Positions 49,368-60,536 of a stretch of 64,000 bases of DNA are shown one piece after another. The position numbers and the translations under genes are program-made. Source of the stretch: an uncultured delta proteobacterium (GTDB lineage: Bacteria; Desulfobacterota; RBG-13-43-22); the NCBI GenBank assembly GCA_963743305.1, contig CAVUPH010000042.1:1-64000 (forward strand), read 5' to 3'. Positions within the stretch are counted from its first letter, which is position 1; each line of letters starts with the position of its first letter. A model generated the notes under the pieces. The model saw only the letters and a list, made by a program, of their open reading frames with translations. It was not told the DNA's origin and ran no database searches.

Positions 49368-51363
49368 ATGGTCTATCGACTCCGCGCGCTGAGGTATTAT
49401 TTTTTGACGTTTCTGGTCCTGTTGTCGTCCGGGCTGGCCCTGGTCGGTAGCGGTTCGGTCCAGGCCCAGGAACCGGTGGTCCGCTATCCCCTGCTTCCTC
49501 CCCGGTACAGTTCCATCAAAGTCTTCGACGTCAAAGGGCGCTTTGTCGGGCGGATATTGTCGGAGAAACGCTACTGGGTGCCGATCGAACGAATCCCGGT
49601 TTTTCTGCAAAACGCCCTGGTGGCCATCGAAGACGCCCGATTCTATGAACACAGCGGAATCGATTTCAAGGGCATTGCTCGGGCACTGATGAAAGATGTC
49701 ATTAAGGGCCGAATGGCCGAGGGCGGATCGACCATCACCCAACAGTTGATCAAAAACAAATACCTCTCCCAGGAAAAAACGCTCCAGCGCAAAGTGAAAG
49801 AGGGACTGCTGGCCATGGAGTACGAGCGGAAATATTCCAAGAAGAAAATTCTGGAGATGTATTTCAATGAAGTTTTTTTCGGCAACGGGGCCTGGGGCCT
49901 TGCCCAGGCGGCGCGCCTGTATTTTGACAAGAATCCCGACGAGTTGAATGAGGCGGAGTGCGCCCTCCTGGCCGGGGTTCCTAAAGCCCCGACCCGCTTC
50001 AATCCCTTGGGCGAACCGACCAAGGTGCGGGACCGGCGGAATCTGGTCCTGCGGCGGATGGTGGAGCTGAAGATGATTTCCTCCGCCCTAGGCGGAAGAC
50101 TGATGGCCAGCCCGGTCAGCATTATCAAGCCGGGGGAGGCCCCCTACTATATGGACCATATCCGTCAGAAACTGGCGGAGCGTTATGGACCGGAAATCCT
50201 GGAAGGGGGGGGGGCTGGAGGTCACCGCCTCCCTGGACCTGGACCTCCAGCGTCTGGCCGAACGGGTGATCAGCGAAGGGGTGAAGCGTCTGGCGCCCGG
50301 CCTGCAGGGGGCCTTGCTCTGCCTCGACCCGGCTACGGGGGATGTCTTGGCCGTGGTGGGGGGGGTGGATTATAAAAGGAGTCCCTATAACCGGGCGTTC
50401 TACGCCAAGCGCCAGCCCGGTTCGGCGATCAAGCCGCTGATCTACGCCGCCGCCTTGGATGCGGGCCAGACCGCCAGCTCCCTGTGGAACGACACCCCGG
50501 TAACCTATAACAAAGGAAATGGGGAAAAATGGACGCCCTTGAATTACGAAAGGAAATTATACGGGGAAATCCCCTTGCGCCGGGCCTTGGCTTTTTCCAA
50601 CAACATCATCACCGTCAAGCTGCTGGAGCGCATCGGAGTCCCCTATTTTTTGGAATACGCTGCCCGGCTTGGCCTTTCCCTGCGTTCTCCCAACGATCTT
50701 TCTCTGGCCCTGGGAACGGAGGAGCTTTCCCTAAGCGATCTGGTTTTGGCCTATGATCCGCTGGCCAACCAGGGGGTCCGGGTGGAGCCCCGAATGATCC
50801 TCCGTCTCTACGATCGAAACCGGCAGGCCTGGTTGGAAAATCCTCCCCTGTCCATCCCGGCCATTTCTGCGGCCGAGGCTTATGTGATGACCCAAATGCT
50901 GAAAGATGTATTACTTTACGGTACCGCCAAATCGATCGCCGGGTTTGCCGGAGAACGTCCGGCAGCGGGCAAGACCGGGACCACGGATGATTACCGGGAC
51001 GCCTGGTTTGTGGGCTACACCCCCCAATTGATAGCCGGGGTTTGGGTAGGTTACGACCGGCCCCGGCCGGGGGGTCGGGGGTTTACCGGTGGAGCAATCT
51101 GCGCTCCCCTCTGGGCCAGGTTCATGCAGGGGGCCTTAAAAGACAAACCGGTGCTGGATTTTACCAGACCTCCCGGGGTGGTCTCGGCCTGGATTGACGT
51201 CCAGACCAATGCCCTGGCCAATAGCGGTTGTCCTAAGAGGCAGGAAGAGGTTTATTTGGCCGGGACCGAACCCACGGTCCACTGCCCGCTGCATGGCGGT
51301 GAGCCGATCGGTCCGTCGGGTTCCGTCGAGCGGGAGCCGAATAATCGTCCCTCGTTCTGGTAG
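49368..51363 (+). CDS. Class A penicillin-binding protein (PBP1A family); frameshift in a G10 run at 50205-50214
   Basis: EDARFYEH, GGSTITQQL, RQPGSAIKP, GKTGTT. Confidence 0.93.
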
Positions 51364-51368
51364 TTTTA

Positions 51369-52902
51369 ATGGGATCTCGAAAGGACGTCATCGTAGTCGG
51401 CGCGGGGCTGGGCGGGCTGGTAGCGGCGGCCCGACTGGTCCAGGCCGGCTGTCAGGTCCTGGTACTGGATCGGAATCCCCATGTAGCCGGGACCGCCTGG
51501 GTCTTCAACCGGGCCGGTTTTAGCTTTCCCATGGGACCCCTGGGTTTCAGCGGCTCTCACCTGGTCCAAAAAACGATTTCGGAATTGGTCCCGGGAGCCG
51601 AATTGTCTTTGAAGAGGGTCCATTATCGGTTGCGAGCCTTCGGACTGAACCTCCCCCTGTCTCTTTCCCGTCCGGCCCTGCGAGCGGCCTTGAGCCGGAT
51701 CTTTCCTCAAGAGGCCCAGGGGATAACCCGTTTTTTTGAAAAAGTCGAAAGCCTGTTCAACCTCCTGCGCGAACCGTGTTCCGAAAAAAACCGCATCGCC
51801 TTGGAAGCCGCCGCGAACGAGCCCGCCCGGGAATACCTGGATACCTTGATCGGGGATTGGCGTTTGCGGCGGGTGCTGGGCAGCCAGGGCGGTTCGGAAG
51901 CCTACGCGGCGCTGCCTCTGCTGGCCGCTATGTGGGGCCTGATGACGGAGGAAGGAATCTGGTACCCAGCAAGGGGGGCTGACGGGTTTGGGCGGCCGGC
52001 TGCAAGCGGCGGTCCTTTCTGCGAAGGGCCGGGGCGAGATCCGGCTGGGGTCGGAGGTGGGGGCCATCCGGACTCAAAAGGGACAGGTGACCGGAGTGAG
52101 GCTGACTTCCGGGGAAGTACTGGAGGCGCCGGTGGTGGTCTCCAATGGGGATTTTAAGACCACTTTTCTTAGTCTCCTGGAGCAAGACGAAATTCCCGAG
52201 ATCCTTCGACAGGAAGTGGCCGCGGCCCGGCAGACCGAATCCAATCTTCAGGTGAGCATAGGGCTCAATGAAAGCCAAGTGGATCTGTCGGCCTTTGATC
52301 AAGGCAGCCGGATTATTTTCCAGGGTGAAGGGGAGGAAAATCCCCCGGACTGGTCCGCCCCAAGAATCGAGCCCTCCAGACTGGCCGCGGGGCAAATGGA
52401 GCTCTGTCTATGGAGCGCCGACGATCCGGCTTTAGCTCCTGCCGGACGGGCCGTGCTGGTGATCCGCACCGCTGCCGACCACGGGCATTTTGCCCGTTTT
52501 CGCCCGGCCCGGGGCCGGCGGGTGGCCGGTTACCGGGAGTACAAACTGGCCCTGGGCCGGGCCATGATCCAGGAAGCGGAAAAAATTATTCCCGGCTTGA
52601 ACGGGGCCATTGAAACCCTGGATCTGGCCACTCCCTTGACCTTTGAAGAGCAGGGCGGGCGGAGCGAGGGAGCGGTGGCCGGCTGGTCCTGGGACTATGA
52701 AGACGGCCGTGACGCGAGTCCCCGTGAATTGATTCGCACCCCGATCGGCGGGCTTTTCATGGTGGGCTATCAGGCCTTTTCGGCACTATTTCTGGGGGGC
52801 GTACCCACTGCCCTGGAAAGCGGCAACCGTGCCGCAGCCTATATCTTGGAAGGTGCGGGACCGGTGGCGGAGTTTCACCTGCCCGGGAGTTTGAAGAAAT
52901 AA
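51369..52902 (+). CDS. Phytoene-desaturase-family FAD oxidoreductase; frameshift near 51975
   Basis: VVGAGLGGL, WYPARG, ATPLTF, TPIGGLFMVG, GGVP. Confidence 0.8.
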
Positions 52903-52935
52903 TCAGGTTACGACTCAATCGGGAATACTGCAGAA

Positions 52936-54720
52936 TCACCGGGGAGCTGAACGGGCCAGGGGGACCTCCGGCTGGATCCCTCCCAGCTTGGTCTCTTTGA
53001 TGTACCGCGCCACCCCCTTAAAAATTCCCTCGACAATCTGCTCCTGGTAGTCCTCCTGCATCAGGCGTTCCCGATCCTGGGAGTTGCTGATAAAAGAGAC
53101 TTCCACCAGGATGGAAGGCATCTGGGCCCCGATGAGGACGTAAAAGGGGGCCTGCTTGACCCCTAAATTTTTTATCGGCCCAAATTTTTCGTTCAGGGTC
53201 TCATACAGGTTTTGCTGGACATGATGGGCCAGCCGGGAAGATTCGTCGATTTTGGTGTTCAACATCAGATCTTTCAGGATTTTTTGCAGGTCACCGATCC
53301 GTTTCGTGGAAGTGGCGTTCTCCCTGGCCGCTACCCGCACCGCCTCCTCATCGGAAGCCAGGTTTAAGAAGTAGGTCTCAACTCCCTGGGCCAGCGGGTT
53401 GGGGCTGGCGTTGACATGAATGGACAGGAAGAGGTCGGCCTGCTTGGTGTTGGCGATGGCCGTTCGTTCCTCCAGGGGGATAAAACGATCGCCTTCGCGG
53501 CTCATAATGGTCTGGATCTTTAATTCCCGGTGGATTTTTTGGGCCAATTTTTTGGCCAATTGCAGGGTCAGGTCTTTTTCATAAAGGGTGCCATCCCCGA
53601 TGGCCCCCTTGTCCTTCCCGCCGTGTCCGGCATCAACGACCACCCGCTGGACCCCCAGACACAATTGCTGGGCCAGGGATAATTTCTGGTCCTTTGCCGG
53701 GGTGCCGGGAAGCGGAGCCGCCACTTGTTTTTCCTTGCCGCTAACGTCGATAATGACTCGAAAAGGGTTTTCCAGGAAAAAAACCTTGTAGCCTTTAATA
53801 CTTTCAATATCGAGCACCACCCGGACCGTGGAAAAATCATACTGGCCGGCCCGGGCCGAGCGGAGCAATCCGTCTCGGATGACCAGAGGTTCTTTAAGTT
53901 CTTTATTTAACCGGGCCGGATAGAGATCCAGATAAAGACGCTCCGGTTTTTCTATGGCGGGATTTTTTTTAAGCAGCCGCTGGCGCAGGGAAACCTTTTC
54001 TTCCACATCCACCACGATCCGGGTGTATTCAGGGGTCGTCCAGTAGCGGATGCCGGTGACCTGGGGCAAAGACTTGGCCACGGGTTCGGCGGGCGGAGTC
54101 GTATTTTTTTCTTCGAGGGGCAGGATTTCAGCGGGGTTTTCCAGGGGCGGATTCACCGCCGCCGGGGCCTCCTTACCCATTTGGGCCAGTAGATCTTCGG
54201 CCTTCTTCCGCATATCCCCCTGGGGGTATTTTTTGATCAGGGTTTGCAGCAGTTCCCGGGCCCGATCCGGATTCATTTTAAAGCGCTGCTGAATTTCCGC
54301 CAGCTTGAACAGGGCGTCGTCGGCCAGGGAGCTTTCGGGATAGTGGTTGGTAAAACGAATAAAATAATCCTGGGCCAGGTCCAGGTCGGCCGGCAGCCAC
54401 GTCTGCTGATAGAGGTTTAGATAAATCCGGGCGAGCATGAACATGGACTTCTCTCCCCAAAGGGATTGGGGCTGCTCCTTATAGAAGTGTTTAAACTGGT
54501 CGATCAGGGGCTGCCAGTTATGGCGATACAGGCGCTGGGGGGATTTTTCCAGGGCCAGAAAAGCCTTTCGCGACTCCTGGTAGGCGTCTTCGAGGTTCGG
54601 AGCGGAAACGGCCCAGAGTTGCTGAGGGACGAGGAGACTCCAAAAGACCAATCCCCAGAGGAGCAGCGGTAGAGGCGCTTTCCAGGATCCTGAAAAAGAC
54701 ATAGGCTTATTTTTCCTCAA
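52936..54720 (-). CDS. N-acetylmuramoyl-L-alanine amidase with TPR and AMIN domains
   Basis: VDAGHGGKD, FLSIHVNA, QAPFYVL, SILVE; start may be slightly downstream. Confidence 0.93.
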   Translation of the reverse strand: MRKNKPMSFSGSWKAPLPLLLWGLVFWSLLVPQQLWAVSAPNLEDAYQESRKAFLALEKSPQRLYRHNWQPLIDQFKHFYKEQPQSLWGEKSMFMLARIYLNLYQQTWLPADLDLAQDYFIRFTNHYPESSLADDALFKLAEIQQRFKMNPDRARELLQTLIKKYPQGDMRKKAEDLLAQMGKEAPAAVNPPLENPAEILPLEEKNTTPPAEPVAKSLPQVTGIRYWTTPEYTRIVVDVEEKVSLRQRLLKKNPAIEKPERLYLDLYPARLNKELKEPLVIRDGLLRSARAGQYDFSTVRVVLDIESIKGYKVFFLENPFRVIIDVSGKEKQVAAPLPGTPAKDQKLSLAQQLCLGVQRVVVDAGHGGKDKGAIGDGTLYEKDLTLQLAKKLAQKIHRELKIQTIMSREGDRFIPLEERTAIANTKQADLFLSIHVNASPNPLAQGVETYFLNLASDEEAVRVAARENATSTKRIGDLQKILKDLMLNTKIDESSRLAHHVQQNLYETLNEKFGPIKNLGVKQAPFYVLIGAQMPSILVEVSFISNSQDRERLMQEDYQEQIVEGIFKGVARYIKETKLGGIQPEVPLARSAPR

Positions 54721-57328
54721 TCAAATCCTTTAATTCTTTCAAGGTCACCAAGGCTTGAAAAGGAGTTAAGTGGTCAAGGGAAAGGTTCTTGAGCCGTTCT
54801 TCCAGCACCCCGTTCAGGCGGGGAAAAATCTCCATCTGGGCTGATGAGGTTTCACCCGACTGAAGAGAAGACCGGGCCAGCGGGGGCACTCCCCAGAGGT
54901 CCAGTTCTCCTTTTTCCAAATTATCGAGGACCTCCCGGGCCCGTTCAATCACCGCGTCGGGGATGCCGGCCAACCGGGCCACTTGAATTCCGTAGCTCCG
55001 ACTGGTTCCGCCTTCCTTCAGCTTGCGGAGGAAGATGATCTGGTTGTTGAATTCCTTGACCGCCACATGTACATTTTTAACTTTTTTTTTGGTCTGCGTC
55101 AAGTCCGTCAATTCGTGATAGTGGGTGGCAAAGAGGGTTTTTACCCCCCGACCCCGCAGATCATGAAGGCCTTCGGCTACCGCCCAGGCGATGCTCAATC
55201 CGTCAAAGGTACTGGTTCCCCGGCCGATTTCGTCGAGCAAAACCAAACTCTGGGGGGTGGCCTGGTGCAGAATCTGGGCCGTTTCCTGCATCTCCACCAT
55301 AAAAGTGCTCTGCCCCTGGGAGAGGTCGTCTGAGGCCCCCACCCGGGTGAAGATCTGGTCCACCAGGCCGATTTCCGCCGCCGCCGCCGGAACGAAGGAG
55401 CCCATCTGGGCCATCAAAACGATCAGGGCCGTCTGGCGCAGGACGGTGGATTTGCCGGCCATATTGGGCCCGGTAATGATGATCATTTGCTGGGATTCAT
55501 TGTCCAGGGTGATGGAATTGGGGACAAAGGCTTGGGCGGGCAGGTGCTTTTCGATCACCGGATGTCGGCCGTCCTGGATCCGGATCGCTTCACCGTTATT
55601 GAGGACCGGCCGGCAATAATGATTTTCCTGGGCTATTTGGGCGAGTGCGGCCAGGACGTCCAGGTCGGAAACGATCCGGGCGGTTTGTTGCAGGCGGCCG
55701 CTTTCCCGAGCCACCTGCTGACGAATTTCCTGGAAGAGCTGCATTTCCAGTTGCCAGCGTTTTTCTTCGGCTTCGAGGACCAGGGTTTCGTAGTCCTTTA
55801 ATTCGGGGGTCAGAAAGCGTTCGCCGTTGACCAGGGTTTGCTTGCGCTGGTAATCCTCGGGGACCAGATGCAGATTGGCTTTGGAGACTTCGAGGTAATA
55901 ACCAAAGACCCGATTGAAGCCCACCTTCAGAGAGCCGATCCCCGATCGTTTCCGTTCCTTGGCTTCCAGGGCCGCGATCCACTCCTTCCCTTCCAGGCTG
56001 ACGTGCAGGTATTGGTCCAGGGTCGGGTGGTAGCCCCGGCGAATGACCCGGGACTCCTTATCCCGGATAGTCGGGGAGGGTTCATCCAGCAGGGCCTGCT
56101 GGAGGGCGTCCGCCATATCGGTTAAGGGATCCAGCCCCTGCCCCAGGGTGCTTAAGGACGCCTGTCGGCTTTGAAGTAATGATTCCCGAAAGGCCGGAAG
56201 CTGTTGGAGTGAGATTTTCAGGGCCACCAGGTCACGGGGGGTGGCCTGCTGGAGGCAGGCCTTGGCCACCAGGCGTTCCAGGTCGTAGATGCGTTCCAGG
56301 GAGGCCCGCAACCGCTGACGCAGCGGGGGATCTTCGACGAGCGCTTCCACCCGTTCCTGCCTTTCCTGGATGCGCTCTCGTTCCCGCAGGGGATAGGTGA
56401 TCCAGTGCTTGAGTTTCCGGCTGCCCATGGCCGTCAGGGTCTGGTCCAGAATGGAGAGCAGGGAACCCTGGCGGGTGCCCCGGTAAAGGGTCCGGGTCAG
56501 TTCCAGGTGGCGCTGCGTGGATTCGTTCAGGGTCAGGAATTCGGAAAGGTGATAGACTTGCAGGCTGCGTAAATGGGAGAGGTCCCCTTTTTGGGTTTCC
56601 TGCAAGTACAAAAAAAGGGCCCCGGCGGCCCGGACGCCCTCCGGTCTATCCGCCAGGCCAAAGCCGGCCAGGGAGTGGACCTGAAAGTGATCTTTCAGCA
56701 GGGATTCGGCGCGATTCAATTCGAAGGTCGAGTCCTGTCCAAAGCTCAAGAAATAGGCGCTCAGCTTTTCCCTGAAATCCTGGAGCGCGGGGTTATCCTT
56801 TATGGACCGGGGCAGGAGGACCTCCGCCGGACCCAGCCGGGCGATTTCCTCCAAAGTCTGGTTGGGGTTTTGAAAATCCGTAACCCGGAATTCGCCGGTG
56901 GAGAGATCGACCACCGCCAGTCCGATGGTCTTCTCCCGCGGGCATAACGAGAGAAGATACCGGTTTCCCTGATTGGAAGGCTCATCCAGAAAGACGCCGG
57001 GAGTGATCAAGCGCGTCACTTCCCGGCGCACGATTCCTTTGGCCAGGGCCGGATCTTCCACCTGCTCGCAGAGGGCGACCTTGTACCCTTTTTCAACCAG
57101 GCGGGCGATATAGCCGGAAACGGCTTGCACCGGAACGCCGCACATGGGGACGGGATTCGCCGCTCCCTTATTTCGAGAAGTCAGCGTGATCTCCAGGACC
57201 CGGGAGGCGACCAGGGCGTCTTCGAAAAACATCTCGTAAAAATCTCCCAGGTGGTACAAAAGGAGATAATCCTGATGCCGGGCTTTAATTTCCAGGTATT
57301 GTTCCAGCATGGGAGTGGTTTTATTCAT
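54707..57328 (-). CDS. mutS: DNA mismatch repair protein MutS
   Basis: TPMLEQY, GDFYEMF, TGPNMAGKST, DEIGRGTST, ATHYHEL. Confidence 0.98.
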   Translation of the reverse strand: MNKTTPMLEQYLEIKARHQDYLLLYHLGDFYEMFFEDALVASRVLEITLTSRNKGAANPVPMCGVPVQAVSGYIARLVEKGYKVALCEQVEDPALAKGIVRREVTRLITPGVFLDEPSNQGNRYLLSLCPREKTIGLAVVDLSTGEFRVTDFQNPNQTLEEIARLGPAEVLLPRSIKDNPALQDFREKLSAYFLSFGQDSTFELNRAESLLKDHFQVHSLAGFGLADRPEGVRAAGALFLYLQETQKGDLSHLRSLQVYHLSEFLTLNESTQRHLELTRTLYRGTRQGSLLSILDQTLTAMGSRKLKHWITYPLRERERIQERQERVEALVEDPPLRQRLRASLERIYDLERLVAKACLQQATPRDLVALKISLQQLPAFRESLLQSRQASLSTLGQGLDPLTDMADALQQALLDEPSPTIRDKESRVIRRGYHPTLDQYLHVSLEGKEWIAALEAKERKRSGIGSLKVGFNRVFGYYLEVSKANLHLVPEDYQRKQTLVNGERFLTPELKDYETLVLEAEEKRWQLEMQLFQEIRQQVARESGRLQQTARIVSDLDVLAALAQIAQENHYCRPVLNNGEAIRIQDGRHPVIEKHLPAQAFVPNSITLDNESQQMIIITGPNMAGKSTVLRQTALIVLMAQMGSFVPAAAAEIGLVDQIFTRVGASDDLSQGQSTFMVEMQETAQILHQATPQSLVLLDEIGRGTSTFDGLSIAWAVAEGLHDLRGRGVKTLFATHYHELTDLTQTKKKVKNVHVAVKEFNNQIIFLRKLKEGGTSRSYGIQVARLAGIPDAVIERAREVLDNLEKGELDLWGVPPLARSSLQSGETSSAQMEIFPRLNGVLEERLKNLSLDHLTPFQALVTLKELKDLIEEK

Positions 57329-57410
57329 CCGGAACGATGCTCCGCGAAATCAGGAGCCCGGTGGTATCCGGGCGTCGGGAAGGTGAGCAACAAAAAAACA
57401 TGGGAAGTTT

Positions 57411-57761
57411 TTATTCCCGGGTGGGTGAAGGAGAGGCTGTTTTGATCCGGGTGGCGGGATCCGACCGATCTTCGAGACGCTGCCGTTCCGTTTCCAGCGT
57501 ACGATTTATATTTTGCAGAGACTTGATTTCTTTTTTCAAATGATGGGCCTTGAAAAAATACAGCAGCCCGGCCAAGAGAAATCCCATCATAAAAAGAAGG
57601 AAGGCCGTCAGGTAGAAGGGCAGGGGAACGGATTCCAGATTGACGAGCCCTAGATTCAAATGCAGCGAATGGTTGGTGGTCAAGGTGGTGTAATTTTGAA
57701 CTACAAAAACGAGCAACAGCAGCAGTAGGAGGATGTAAAAAAAAAGCCTGAGGTTGGTCAT
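57411..57761 (-). CDS. LapA-family membrane protein
   Basis: FVVQN motif, two TM segments, coiled-coil tail. Confidence 0.75.
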   Translation of the reverse strand: MTNLRLFFYILLLLLLLVFVVQNYTTLTTNHSLHLNLGLVNLESVPLPFYLTAFLLFMMGFLLAGLLYFFKAHHLKKEIKSLQNINRTLETERQRLEDRSDPATRIKTASPSPTRE

Positions 57762-57762
57762 G

Positions 57763-58254
57763 TCAGCCTTCCCTCACCTCCTGGAAACACCGGACCAGAC
57801 GTTCATAGGTCTGGTCCAGATGCTCCGGAATGACCCGCAGGTCGCCGACCACGGCCATGAAATTCGTGTCCCCGTTCCAGCGGGGGACGATGTGAAAATG
57901 CAGGTGATCAGCCACCCCGGCGCCGGCCACTTTCCCCAGGTTCAATCCCACATTGAATCCTTCCGGGTCGAGGACCTGCTTGAGGATGGCCACCGATCGG
58001 CGGACCATGGCCAGCAGGGCCGAAAGTTCTTTATCGGTCAAGGGTTCCAGGTCGGGGACATGCCTGACCGGGGCTACCAGCAGATGACCGTTATTATAGG
58101 GAAACTTGTTCATCATCACCAGGGTGGTTTCATCCCAATAAAGGATGTGCCGCTCTTTCATTTCGTCTAAAGAGGTCGGACAAAAAATACAACCGGGTTC
58201 TTTTTGGTTATTGAGGATATATTCCATCCGCCAGGGGGCCCATAAAACCTTCAC
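57763..58254 (-). CDS. HIT-family hydrolase
   Basis: LWAPWR, CIFC, PYNNGH, HLHFHIVPRW. Confidence 0.93.
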   Translation of the reverse strand: MKVLWAPWRMEYILNNQKEPGCIFCPTSLDEMKERHILYWDETTLVMMNKFPYNNGHLLVAPVRHVPDLEPLTDKELSALLAMVRRSVAILKQVLDPEGFNVGLNLGKVAGAGVADHLHFHIVPRWNGDTNFMAVVGDLRVIPEHLDQTYERLVRCFQEVREG

Positions 58255-58263
58255 GGTTTTCTC

Positions 58264-58734
58264 CTAAATTTCGATGATTTCACCTGTTAGTTGTGATCCC
58301 AGTTGAAGAATGCCGACCGTCGGCCGGCGGCCGGACCCGGAGGCTGAACCGGGATTGAAAAAAAACTGGTTGCCGCTCCAATGATTGGCCGGGATATGGG
58401 AATGCCCGTAAACAATGGCGTCCGCTTCGGGGAACTCCCGGCGGATCCGTTCTTCCAGCCCCAGCGCCGATCCCCAGCCGTGCATCAGGCCGATTCGAAA
58501 GCCTCCCAGGTGGAGGGTTTTTTTTACCGGCAATTCCTCCCGGAGCGGCCACTCATCCATGTTCCCCTGCACGGCCTCCAGCGGGAGGGCGGTCAGGTAG
58601 CGGTACACCGCGGACCCGACCATATCCCCGGCATGAATCAGGAGATCGACATCCCGGAAACATTCCTCGATGATCTGCTCCAGTTTCGGGGTGACCCGGG
58701 TCAGATGGGTATCGGAAAGGACGCCGATGCGCAT
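58264..58734 (-). CDS. YfcE-family metallophosphoesterase
   Basis: SDTH, HAGD, GNMD, GHSH, NPGS. Confidence 0.92.
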   Translation of the reverse strand: MRIGVLSDTHLTRVTPKLEQIIEECFRDVDLLIHAGDMVGSAVYRYLTALPLEAVQGNMDEWPLREELPVKKTLHLGGFRIGLMHGWGSALGLEERIRREFPEADAIVYGHSHIPANHWSGNQFFFNPGSASGSGRRPTVGILQLGSQLTGEIIEI

Positions 58735-58810
58735 GATCTCAAGCATAATAAATTGCCGCATTTTGTCAAGTTAAACTTGGATCGGGGGGGACTCCCTTCC
58801 CGAATACGGC

Positions 58811-59353
58811 TTACCCAAAGATCCAGTTCACCAGCCAGACCGAGGTGAGGATTCCAACTACATCGGCTACGATGCCGGCCGGTACGGCCTGTCGGGTCCG
58901 GGAGATCCCCACCGAGCCGAAATAGACGGCCAGGACATAAAAAGTGGTTTCACCGCTGCCCATCATGACCGAGACCATTCGGCCGATCAAGGAATCCGGT
59001 CCCTGGGCTTTGAGGGTTTCCGCCATGACCCCCAGGGCCCCGCTGCCCGATAGCGGGCGCATCAGGGCCATGGGCAGGGTTTCGGCCGGCATGCCGATCC
59101 AGCGGGTCAGCGGCGAAAGGAGCATCGTCAACAGGTCCATGGCCCCGCCGGAGCGAAAAATGCCGATGGCTACCAACATGGCCACCAGGTAGGGGATAAT
59201 CCGGACCCCTACGTTGAACCCCTCACGGGCGCCTTCCACAAAGGCCTCGTAGATTTTGACCTTTTTGACGGCCCCGTGAATCACGATGACCAGCACCAGC
59301 AAAGGGATGGCCAGCAGGGAAAGGACTTCGATGATTTGGGCCAGTAAGTCCAC
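58811..59353 (-). CDS. spmB: SpmB-like nucleoside-recognition (gate) membrane protein
   Basis: YEAFVEGAREG, RPLSGSG, ETTFYVLAVYFGSV. Confidence 0.9.
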   Translation of the reverse strand: MDLLAQIIEVLSLLAIPLLVLVIVIHGAVKKVKIYEAFVEGAREGFNVGVRIIPYLVAMLVAIGIFRSGGAMDLLTMLLSPLTRWIGMPAETLPMALMRPLSGSGALGVMAETLKAQGPDSLIGRMVSVMMGSGETTFYVLAVYFGSVGISRTRQAVPAGIVADVVGILTSVWLVNWIFG

Positions 59354-59395
59354 GGTAAGGTTAACCTTTAATTGGTTTTGAAAACAAAAGCAACA

Positions 59396-59482
59396 AATCC
59401 CCCCTGCTCCCCCCTTTTTCTAAGGGGGGAAATCCTTCCGTAAGTCTCCTCCCTTTAATAAAGGGAGGTTGGGAGGGATTTT
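59396..59482. repeat. Intergenic palindromic repeat (CCCCCCTTT..AAGGGGGG family)
   Basis: Related to the copy at ~21388-21463. Confidence 0.65.
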
Positions 59483-59490
59483 TGAAAGGA

Positions 59491-60472
59491 TCAATCCAAC
59501 TGTCTTCTAAAAAAAGACCAGCGGGCCAAGAGTTTAACGGTAAGGATTCCGACCACGGTATTGATCGTCGTGGCCAGGATCACCGGGCCGATGATCTCCG
59601 TGGGATTGGCAGACCCGGAGGCGGCCCGGATGGCGATTACCGTGGCCGGGATCAACTGAACGCTGCTGGTATTGATCACCAGGAACGTGCACATGGCATC
59701 GGTGGCCGTGCCCGTTTTTGGGTTGAGCCGGTTCAGTTCTTCCATGGCCTTCAGTCCCAGGGGTGTGGCCGCATTGCCCAGTCCCAGCATGTTGGCCGCG
59801 ATATTCATGATCATGGCTCCCATGGCCGGGTGGTCCGGCGGCACGTCGGGAAAGAGCCGGGTCATGACCGATTTCAGGGAGCAAGCCAGAGCGGAGACCA
59901 ACCCGGACCGCTCGGCAATTTTCATCAGTCCCAGCCAGAGGGCCATGATGCCGATCAGGCCGATGGCCAATTCTACGGCGATCTGGGCAGAACGCAGGAT
60001 TCCCTCCCGGGTTACGGCCTGGACCGTGGCAAAACGGACGGGGTCAAAAGAGATCCAGGCCGCACCCTCCGGGGCTCGGGAAGGCTCCCAGCGGACCCGG
60101 GCCCAGAGGGCCTCCGGGTCGTTTTGGGCTTTTTGAATTTCTTTCCAGAGCGTCGGGGTTTGGGCATTCGGGATAATCCGCAGTCTTCCTAGTCCGGGAC
60201 GGAGGGTGCGTGAGCTCGGCCCGTTGCCGCAGGGGACCGCCGCCGGGGAGGGGTCGGCCATAGAATTTCTGGAAAACCTGAGGGTCGATGGAGAAAGTGC
60301 CCGGGATGGGAGCGGGTCGGGAGAGCGCCTCGGAAACGGGCGGGCTGAATTCCAGGGAAATGGCCAGTTCCTGCCCGTTCCGGAAACGGTTGACGGCCAG
60401 GTCCACCGTGTCTTTTCCGATGGCCAACAAACTGCCCAGGAGAATCAGCGCCATCCAGATATAATTAAGCAC
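59491..60472 (-). CDS. spmA: SpmA-like membrane protein with an extra soluble insertion; frameshifted
   Basis: MLNYIW start; ANMLGLGNAATPLGLKAMEEL, INTSSVQLIP. Confidence 0.88.
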
Positions 60473-60536
60473 AATCGATGCCCTTTCAAACCTCGCAATG
60501 ACAGAACGGGGGATATCCTGCAAACCACAATCGAGG

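Noticed and set aside
50205-50214. G10 tract frameshifting the PBP1A gene as possible phase variation
   Set aside because: G9 restores EGGGL; homopolymer errors are the simpler explanation in this indel-rich assembly
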